A DNA stretch of 64,000 nucleotides from an uncultured Spirochaetota bacterium (GTDB lineage: Bacteria; Spirochaetota; Spirochaetia; SZUA-6; Fen-1364). The notes below the pieces were generated by a model that was not told where the DNA came from, did no database searches, and worked only from the letters and a program-made list of their open reading frames with translations. Every line of letters begins with the position of its first letter. Position 1 is the first letter of the stretch. Position numbers and translations under genes: made by a program. Below are positions 1-6,701 of this stretch, in pieces. The stretch spans positions 1,536,001-1,600,000 of the forward strand of contig CAWGAA010000001.1 in assembly GCA_963820525.1 (NCBI GenBank), in the 5' to 3' direction.

Positions 1-134
1 CGCCTGGGGGCCAAAGGTTTGGCGATATTATCCCCTCTCGATTCTCTTTTTTCCGCTTGACATTTTACCGACAACCTTATATTGTCAGAGCCATGAGAAA
101 CGGTTCCAGGAGCGGGACCGGGAAGGGGGCTCTC

Positions 135-1112
135 ATGACGGGGATACTGATTGACCGGGCGAAGGCGGAGAGGGAGCAGCGGGTCAAGGTTGTGGTGGCG
201 AAGATCGCGCACGAGGTGCCCGAGCTGGCCGACCTGGACCCCGAAACTCTGGAGAAGGTCGCCCGGGTGGCGATGCTCGATGAAGTGAAAGGCAAGCTGA
301 GGAAGGCGGCCGAGCTGGAGCGTATCGACTACCAGGGAGAGCGGGAGCGGTTAATTGCCAGGGCGAGCCGCACGGGATCGAAGCGGACGCGGAAGCTGTA
401 CGCTGCGGCCCTCGACCGGCTGGAGGCGTGGTGCGATCGGCAGGGTATCTCCCCGCTGCAGCTGACCCCGGCCCGGGCTGACGACTGGATTGAGGCGGAG
501 AAGGCAGAAGGAAGGGCTCCGGCGACAGTGCGCCTGGCCGTGAGCGGTGCCTCCGCGTTCTGGACTTGGATGGAGAGGCGCCACTATGAGCTGCGCAATC
601 CGTTTCGAGGTACCAGGGCACGGCCGATGAGCAGGCCCGCGCGGAAGCTGGCGCTCCCCTCGGACGTGGAGATCCACGAGCTGGAGGCCTCGGCGAAGCC
701 AGAGCTACGGGCGGCCATCGTCATAATGTCGCAGGCGGGCCTACGTGTTGGAGGCCTCCCCGGTCTGTCGATCACCGGCTCACGCTGGACCACGACAAGC
801 AAGGGCAAAGAGCAGAGCGGCAAGGTTCCCGAGGAAGCACGGGCGGCGATCACAAGAGCGGGGCTGTCCCTGCGATTGCCGTTCAAGGCCTTCACGCCGG
901 AGCAGATAGCGCAGGCCTTCAAGTACCTGGCCGGGAAGCTGCACGCGGCCGGAAAGCTCCAGGCCCGCTACTCCGTCCACGACCTGCGCCACGCCTTCGC
1001 GGTGCGGCTTTATGAAGCAACGCACGATGTCTACCAGGTGGAGAAGGCCCTTGGGCATGCGAACGTGGCCGTCACCGAGGCTTACCTGCGGTCAATCGGC
1101 ATGGAGGGCTGA
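135..1112 (+). CDS. Tyrosine recombinase/integrase (resolvase-like)
   Basis: Catalytic motifs GLR, SKGK, HDLRH, LGH, TEAY; SAM-like N-terminal region; ATG135 after ggaagggg RBS. Confidence 0.9.
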   Translation: MTGILIDRAKAEREQRVKVVVAKIAHEVPELADLDPETLEKVARVAMLDEVKGKLRKAAELERIDYQGERERLIARASRTGSKRTRKLYAAALDRLEAWCDRQGISPLQLTPARADDWIEAEKAEGRAPATVRLAVSGASAFWTWMERRHYELRNPFRGTRARPMSRPARKLALPSDVEIHELEASAKPELRAAIVIMSQAGLRVGGLPGLSITGSRWTTTSKGKEQSGKVPEEARAAITRAGLSLRLPFKAFTPEQIAQAFKYLAGKLHAAGKLQARYSVHDLRHAFAVRLYEATHDVYQVEKALGHANVAVTEAYLRSIGMEG

Positions 1113-1745
1113 GGCCCAGCCCTCGCGCTGCTCATGAAGAAGAACAAGGTCCGACCGTTCGCTACTGCGCTGCACTCCATCATCCTCATGCTGTCGATGG
1201 AGAGCTGACACTCATCCTCACCACCACCACGCGCACCAACACTCCATCGACGCACAACTATCCGGTACCAGGAGCCAGCCGGTAGTAGCAGCACCATCAC
1301 TCCCTCATCAACTGTGAGCAGGAAGACAAGACGGCACACTCACCACCACCAGATTCCAGCCTCCAGGCCAGCCACCAGCCGCCGGCACAGCAGGGGACAG
1401 CCCCCCTCCCTCGCCCCCCAGGGAGCACGGGGACACCGGGAGGCGCCACCCCCCCTTGGGCCAAGACTGCCCCGGCGAAAATCACTTCATCACCTACACC
1501 ACACCGCGGACCGAAAATTCGGTGTGCAGCACTCAAATGTGCAGCATATTGGTATTGCACGCCCCAGACGCGCGTAGAGGGGTCTAGATTGCATTTTCCT
1601 CCGGGGGTGTGTCCCCATATTCGGCTACAGAGCTGAAGGCAGGGGCGCGCCGCATCCCCCGCGGCCTGCGGGCGGATTCGCCCTGGGGCTCGGCTTTCAC
1701 CGCGGGGCGAAAACACTTACGGCCAATCTGAACGTGGGACACAAT

Positions 1746-1791
1746 ACGGTCATGGAGATCCCGTCTGCGGTCCCTGGGGCTTGCAGGGTGA
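1746..1791 (+). pseudogene. Short decayed integrase 3' tail remnant
   Basis: gtcatggagatc(ccgt)ctgcggtccctggggcttgcagggtga reads VMEI-LRSLGLAG*, against VTEAYLRSIGMEG* at the end of 135..1112. Short match. Confidence 0.5.
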
Positions 1792-1843
1792 CGCCAAAAA
1801 TGAACACAATGAAACGGATTGAAGTAAAGGAGGACAGAAGAAT

Positions 1844-2128
1844 ATGAAAATGTCACTGACGATTGAACAGGGGAAAATACAGATAGAAGCCTTGCTGCGC
1901 AAAGTCGCTGAGGAGCAGGGAGTCAAGGTGGCGGGTGTTCGGTGGCGGCAGGAAACGAGTGACCCGCCGCTGTACTACCTAGAGGCCACCAGCGACACTG
2001 GTAGAACAGACGACATGAAGTTTTCGCCCAAGCATCTGGCTGGCTGCGAGTCGGACAACCAGATGAAGTCTCAAGTACGCATGAAGATTGAGGGCCTCGT
2101 GATAAGGCTGAAAAAGCCTATGCGCTGA
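1844..2128 (+). CDS. Hypothetical protein (94 aa), island cargo
   Basis: ORF with strong RBS aaaggagg; AT-richer codon usage. Confidence 0.75.
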   Translation: MKMSLTIEQGKIQIEALLRKVAEEQGVKVAGVRWRQETSDPPLYYLEATSDTGRTDDMKFSPKHLAGCESDNQMKSQVRMKIEGLVIRLKKPMR

Positions 2129-2192
2129 AACCGGGATGGCAAAACCATACGGCAAGCCCTCCGCGGATCGCACCACGACCCGCATCTAGCGT

Positions 2193-2369
2193 ATGGTACG
2201 CATTGTCGCAGGGCTGCGGGCGCGCTACTCTGTCCATGATCTGCGCCACGCCTTCGCAGTCAAGCTGTATCAGGAAGGCCGGGATATCTACGCCGTGAGC
2301 AAGGCGCTCGGCCATGCTGGGGTTGCCGTTACGGAGCGCTACTTGCGGTCTCTAAACTTGCTCGATTAG
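2193..2369 (+). pseudogene. Tyrosine recombinase C-terminal fragment (58 codons)
   Basis: MVRIVAGLRARYSVHDLRHAFAVKLYQEGRDIYAVSKALGHAGVAVTERYLRSLNLLD*, a clear paralogue of the 135..1112 tail; lacks the N-terminal and R/K regions. Confidence 0.9.
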
Positions 2370-2408
2370 AGGGGAACATGTATAGTCAGTCTGGAAAGGG
2401 GAAAAATC

Positions 2409-2645
2409 ATGAAAGTAAAGGAACTTATAGAACGGCTTCAGAAACTTGATCCAGAGTCAGAGGTGGTTTGCTATTCAGAAGATCCCGCCCTTTTGCCAGA
2501 CGGTTGCGGTTTCGTGCTCTTGGAGATTGAAGACGTGGACGAAAGAGAAGCGAAGCCGATAAGGATCAAAGATAATATCCCATACTTGGATTTTGAATAT
2601 GGCGCTCCTAAGCAGGCCTTAATCAGCGTCACGTCTGATTTTTAA
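2409..2645 (+). CDS. Hypothetical protein (78 aa), island cargo
   Basis: MKVKELIERLQKLDPESEV start typical of small phage/MGE proteins; RBS aaagggg; candidate promoter ttgctc-17-tatagt at 2358-2386. Confidence 0.75.
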   Translation: MKVKELIERLQKLDPESEVVCYSEDPALLPDGCGFVLLEIEDVDEREAKPIRIKDNIPYLDFEYGAPKQALISVTSDF

Positions 2646-2679
2646 GACAGCCTAAGACCTGTAACCGATTAGACACCCT

Positions 2680-2746
2680 TATCAGGAAAGGCCAAGATAA
2701 CGCGGCAGTCACCGAGCGCTATCTGCGGAGCCTGAGGCTGAAATAC
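2680..2746 (+). pseudogene. Internally deleted integrase 3' tail remnant
   Basis: tatcaggaaaggcc matches tatcaggaaggcc of the 2193 fragment; 2705-2734 then encodes AVTERYLRSL. Confidence 0.8.
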
Positions 2747-2808
2747 GCGGGCATCCTACGCTCTACCAGCAAAAAGCAGCGCGGCAGGTGGGGGTGTCGG
2801 ATTATTCA

Positions 2809-2837
2809 TTGACAGGTTATTCGACAAGGGCTATAAT
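2809..2837 (+). promoter_or_regulatory. Consensus sigma70 promoter for the 2882-4087 operon
   Basis: TTGACA-17 bp-TATAAT exact consensus, 44 bp before ATG2882. Confidence 0.85.
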
Positions 2838-2881
2838 TCAATCAGGAAAAAAGATAAATTGTTCACGAGGAGATCAAAGCT

Positions 2882-3190
2882 ATGGCAGAAAACCCTCCCC
2901 AGCCGTCGCAGGCAGCTCCTGTTCCCATGCCGGCTCAACGACTCTTCGAACAAGGCCCAGACGCTGTATCCTTCTACTCGGATCTGGTCCAGGTGCTCAA
3001 CACGGGGTCTGAGGTAGTGTTCCAGTTTTACGAAACCATACCGGGCCCACCGACGAGTCCTGCCGGGCAAATCACTCATGTTAGGACGCGATTACGAGCT
3101 ACCATACAGCTCAGCCCTGGACACGCGCTCAACATCGCCAATAACATCCTCGGACAAATGAGGGTGGCGGCAAACAAACCCGGAGCGTAG
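2882..3190 (+). CDS. DUF3467-like small protein
   Basis: FYSDLVQV..GSEVVFQF..RATIQLSPGHA pattern resembles DUF3467; RBS aggag. Confidence 0.6.
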   Translation: MAENPPQPSQAAPVPMPAQRLFEQGPDAVSFYSDLVQVLNTGSEVVFQFYETIPGPPTSPAGQITHVRTRLRATIQLSPGHALNIANNILGQMRVAANKPGA

Positions 3191-3192
3191 AG

Positions 3193-3663
3193 ATGAAGAT
3201 TACCTTGACGGAATCCTCGATGGCGACAAAATCGGTTATGCTGCAAAAGATTCTCAAGTCGGCTCTTACGAGCGCATCCTCTCCGGCGGAGGTCTTGAAG
3301 CAACTCAGTTCCTACGGCATTGAATGGTATCTGACAGAAAAGGGCACTCTTGCGATCAAATATTGGCAGATCGGTGCTGAGGATTTTGTACGACCAGAGC
3401 AAGTAGCGGCGCTACGTGAGGGTTCAAGCGAGCCGCCCGAAGCAGATGCTCTCGAATGGGTGAGCAAGAACCTTCCCGATCTTAGAAATCAGTATCCAGG
3501 GAAATGGGTAGCTGTCGTTGACAATTGGGTCGCCTGTTCCGCAGACGACCTTCCGTCACTTATGAGGCAACTCAGTGAAGAAGGGGTTGAACGACCCTTC
3601 ATCACGCAGATCCCGACTCACGAGATTGTCTGGACAACCACCTATGCCTACAAAGGACTTTGA
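3193..3663 (+). CDS. Protein with C-terminal DUF5678-like domain
   Basis: EWVSKNLPDLRNQYPGKWVAVVD...PFITQIP resembles DUF5678; starts 2 bp after the previous stop. Confidence 0.65.
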   Translation: MKITLTESSMATKSVMLQKILKSALTSASSPAEVLKQLSSYGIEWYLTEKGTLAIKYWQIGAEDFVRPEQVAALREGSSEPPEADALEWVSKNLPDLRNQYPGKWVAVVDNWVACSADDLPSLMRQLSEEGVERPFITQIPTHEIVWTTTYAYKGL

Positions 3664-4087
3664 ACGAACGGTTCAATTCTACTCATTCACTGATCCAAAT
3701 GGGAAAACCATTTCTTTCCCCCTCGTCGTAGTCAATCTGATTCAAACGGGGGGAACCAGGGTATCACTGTCTCTTCTGTTCGACACCGGCGCGAGCGTAA
3801 CTTCTCTTCGTCGGGACTTGTATCCGTTGCTTGGACTAACTTCGTGGGATGCTGGAGCGCTCCAGCAATCTCAGACTGCCGGATGCGATGCGCCAGTAGA
3901 TGGTTACCGGTATGAAGGAATTGCACTGGAAGTTTTCGGGAAAGTGATAACCTGTCCCGTTCACCTAATCAAAATGCCGCAGAATCCGTTATTTGTTGGT
4001 CTGCTTGGCAGAGACACTGTGTTTCAGGAGTTCGGCTTTGGCTTTTGGGAAGGGACCAGGGAACTGCATGTAACATGCACGCCATAA
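3644..4087 (+). CDS. Retropepsin-like (clan AA) aspartyl protease
   Basis: LLFDTGAS active-site motif and LLGRD motif; ATG3644 overlaps the upstream gene. Confidence 0.85.
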   Translation: MPTKDFERTVQFYSFTDPNGKTISFPLVVVNLIQTGGTRVSLSLLFDTGASVTSLRRDLYPLLGLTSWDAGALQQSQTAGCDAPVDGYRYEGIALEVFGKVITCPVHLIKMPQNPLFVGLLGRDTVFQEFGFGFWEGTRELHVTCTP

Positions 4088-4120
4088 ATGTGCCTGCGCT
4101 TGTTTCGTCGAACGTCTGAA

Positions 4121-4280
4121 TTACTCTCCCGAGCCTTCTGGAAGTCGATTTCCTTCCCCGCGTCGTAAAGGTCCGTCATTTTCGCAGTGCGATGGCCGGT
4201 GAAGCGCCGGAGAACCGCTTCGGGGGATAGAGCCCCGGGAGTTGAGTGTTATACTAGTAGCGAAGGCTGTGGAATATGAT
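4121..4280 (-). pseudogene. Degenerate tyrosine integrase C-terminal remnant
   Basis: Minus strand reads IIFHSLRY*YNTQL, then after frameshifts PEAVLRRFTGHRTAKMTDLYDAGKEIDFQKARE (HxxR, GH, Y motifs), with an in-frame stop. Confidence 0.8.
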
Positions 4281-4360
4281 AGCGCTTTAAATAGCCTATC
4301 AGGCTGATCTCCCCTGTTGTCCCGTAAACATTTAGCCTCTGTCCGTCGGCGAGAACGTCG

Positions 4361-5557
4361 TCACTGCGCCTTCTTGAACGGCAGTATCTTCGCCTGGACC
4401 TTCCGCAGCGCCGCGCGGTCTGCGTTCGTGACGTGCTGGTATCCTTCCGTCGTTTCAAGGTTCGTATGGCCGATGAAGTCCTTCAGGGCGGCTGCACTAA
4501 GTCCCGTCGAATGAGAAACGAGACTGTGGCGGAAACTGTGGAACGTCCGACCGCCTGGGAGCTTCGCCGCCTTCATCGCACGCTTGAACGCCTTTTCAAG
4601 CCCCGTCCGCCCGATAGGGATTGAAGGATCATCCGTGTTGAAGAATACGAAATCATCCGGGCGAGCTCCCCACCGGTGGATCGCCAACACTTCTCGGATC
4701 GCATCCGCCACAGTATCGGGGAGCTCGATCCCGAGCCGTTCGCTGCCCCACTTCGGCGGCTTTGATCCTTCCACGTCTTGCCAGCTTGTCACCACGTCGA
4801 GATAGCTTTTCTTCTTGGCAAGGTGGATGTTCTTGACAAGGAGCCCGCGGACTTCCCCCATCCTCATGCCGGTGGTAGCTGAGAGAAGGCAAGCGGTTTT
4901 ATAGCGGATATCCGGCCAGTCAACGGCCCAAAGCCTCGCGTATTCGTCGAGCTGGAATATCTGCCGCTTCTCTGGAGTCTCATGGACAGACTTCACTCCC
5001 TGCCCCGGATGGTACGGGAGAAGCCCCACGTCTACAGCATGTCGGAGCGGAACGAAAAGGGCTTGGCGCGCCATGTTCAAGGTCCGAGGGGAAATCTTTC
5101 CCGGAGTGACATAGGTTTCGTATGTCTCGACGCGCCAGGAGAGAAGGATCTTCCGGTTGAGATCCGCAAGCTGTACGATCCCGCGCGCCTTAAGCCAGGG
5201 GAGAACGTAGGTTTCAAGAAGCCGTAGGTTATTTGCGCAGTATGCCACAGAGATAGAACGACCTTCCTGGACCTTGCTTTTTATGTAGTCTGACTCTGCG
5301 GGATTCCAGAACGTGAGAAGATAGTCGCGGATCCCGCTCTTGCTGGCGAAGACTTCCCCCTTCTCGATCATCTGGTTGGCAACTTTACGCGCGAGCGCAA
5401 TATTCCCGGTGTCCGTCGAACGGACCGCCCGATAGCGGCGCCTCCCGTTTTTGCCTACCAAGTCAGAGAGAAACCCGACGTAGTAGATGGGCTTTCCTTT
5501 CTTGCTCTTGCGCTTGAGTAGGTGAAACTCTACGTCGCCGAAACTATAGTTTTGCAT
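4361..5557 (-). CDS. Tyrosine integrase (tRNA-associated)
   Basis: TGMRMGE, PKWG, FHSFRH, IGH, TEGY motifs; RBS aaggagag; adjacent to the tRNA 3' end. Confidence 0.93.
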   Translation of the reverse strand: MQNYSFGDVEFHLLKRKSKKGKPIYYVGFLSDLVGKNGRRRYRAVRSTDTGNIALARKVANQMIEKGEVFASKSGIRDYLLTFWNPAESDYIKSKVQEGRSISVAYCANNLRLLETYVLPWLKARGIVQLADLNRKILLSWRVETYETYVTPGKISPRTLNMARQALFVPLRHAVDVGLLPYHPGQGVKSVHETPEKRQIFQLDEYARLWAVDWPDIRYKTACLLSATTGMRMGEVRGLLVKNIHLAKKKSYLDVVTSWQDVEGSKPPKWGSERLGIELPDTVADAIREVLAIHRWGARPDDFVFFNTDDPSIPIGRTGLEKAFKRAMKAAKLPGGRTFHSFRHSLVSHSTGLSAAALKDFIGHTNLETTEGYQHVTNADRAALRKVQAKILPFKKAQ

Positions 5558-5581
5558 AGCTCTCTCCTTCCGGTGAAAGCG

Positions 5582-5657
5582 TGACGACTACCTGACGACT
5601 AAAAGCTATTTTGGCCTCTTCTGTAGGAAAGTCACTATATTTGCAAGTATTTGCAAA
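5582..5657. repeat. Candidate integrase arm-type sites and palindrome
   Basis: tgacgacta direct repeat at 5582-5590 and 5593-5601; tttgcaa-gtat-ttgcaaa palindrome at 5640-5657. Confidence 0.5.
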
Positions 5658-5674
5658 GAAAGGAAATAACCTTT

Positions 5675-5748
5675 TGCGTCCAGCCCGACTCGAACGGGCG
5701 ACCCACAGCTTAGAAGGCTGTTGCTCTATCCAGCTGAGCTATGGACGC
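5675..5748 (-). tRNA. tRNA-Arg(TCT)
   Basis: gcgtccatagctcagctggatagagc..acagc-cttctaa-gctgt..gttcgagtc..tggacgca cloverleaf; CCA not encoded. Confidence 0.97.
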
Positions 5749-5751
5749 ATG

Positions 5752-5824
5752 TCGGGATGAGTGGATTCGAACCACCGCTCTCCTGCTCCCAAAGCAGGCG
5801 CCTTAGCCGCTAGGCTACATCCCG
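5752..5824 (-). tRNA. tRNA-Pro(TGG)
   Basis: cgggatgtagcctagcgg..cctgc-tttggga-gcagg..ggttcgaatcc..catcccga cloverleaf. Confidence 0.97.
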
Positions 5825-6047
5825 AAGGCGAGCGCAAGCGATCGGCGGCGAAAGAGCCGCCCAAGGCCGCCGCTTTCCACGGACTCCAGCGCTTTCCCGA
5901 ACACGAAATGTACGGCTTTTGGGGGAGGCGGTCAATCGTCGGCGGCTCGGCGCGGCTGTCCTGCGGCTCGGCGCCGAGCCGTCGTGGGGCGGCGCTTCAG
6001 GGATTGGCATCGCGCCAGCACGAGCGAAACGCTGGGCGCTTTCCCCC

Positions 6048-6500
6048 TTACTCGTCGCCGGAGATGGCCCGCAGGAACCGGCCGCGATCGGCTCCTTCCT
6101 TGAGCACCACGAGCAGGGTATCGTCTCCGCCCACGGTCCCGATCACTTCGGGGATGTTCAAAAGATCGATTGCGTAGGCGATCCCGGGAGCGTGGCCCAT
6201 CTTTGTCTTCACGACGGCCAGATTCCCGGAAAAATGGATGCCCGTGATCTCCCTGTGCAGATCGTCGCGGATGAAGGGGTCCTGTGTCGGCTCTTTTGGA
6301 GGGTCAACGGTATAGAGGTACTCGCCGTTGGTGTCCGGCACCCGGGCGACGCTCAAGAACTTCAGATCCCGGGAGAGAGTCGCCTGCGTCACGTCGACTC
6401 CCTCCTGCTCCAGGCGCTTGAGCAGTTCCTCCTGGCTGTGGATCCGCTCCGCATGGAGGATGTTATGGATCAGACGCCGTCTCGATTCCTGGCTTTTCAG
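6048..6500 (-). CDS. argR: Arginine repressor ArgR (CTG start)
   Basis: SQEELL, VTQATLSRDL, GTVGGDDT motifs. The frame extends to CTG6500, 7 nt after a taaggagg RBS, with an in-frame TAA just upstream. Confidence 0.92.
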   Translation of the reverse strand: MKSQESRRRLIHNILHAERIHSQEELLKRLEQEGVDVTQATLSRDLKFLSVARVPDTNGEYLYTVDPPKEPTQDPFIRDDLHREITGIHFSGNLAVVKTKMGHAPGIAYAIDLLNIPEVIGTVGGDDTLLVVLKEGADRGRFLRAISGDE

Positions 6501-6531
6501 ATCCGTGCCTCCTTACCGGAAAATTAAGAAT

Positions 6532-6585
6532 AGGGAATAATTATAAGGGGAGGTCATAATTATGCAAGTGCCGGCTCTCTGTCAA
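6532..6585 (-). promoter_or_regulatory. argR promoter with candidate ARG boxes
   Basis: Minus-strand TTGACA (6580-6585) and cataat. Two AT-rich ataattat-centred sites (6537-6544, 6556-6563) resemble ARG boxes, but their 19-bp spacing is non-canonical. Confidence 0.5.
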
Positions 6586-6701
6586 GCACCCTGGCAGAGA
6601 TGGGCCGAGAGGCTCGGCCCCAGCGGCCTTCGGGCTTGAACCCTAAGTTTTGACAATTCACAGGGCGGGCATTAGACTACACTGGAACGGAGAAATCCAG
6701 A

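Larger units (their letters stand above)
1..5675. mobile_element. Right end of a tRNA-Arg(TCT)-associated integrative island; left boundary lies outside the window
   Basis: Intact tyrosine integrase starts ~120 bp from the tRNA-Arg 3' end. A second recombinase, integrase remnants and visibly AT-richer cargo precede it, and housekeeping genes resume after the tRNAs. No second att copy is visible. Confidence 0.8.

Noticed and set aside
135..4087. Classical integron
   Set aside because: No recognisable attC (RYYYAAC..GTTRRRY) hairpins, and the recombinase is too short between motifs to carry the IntI-specific insertion.
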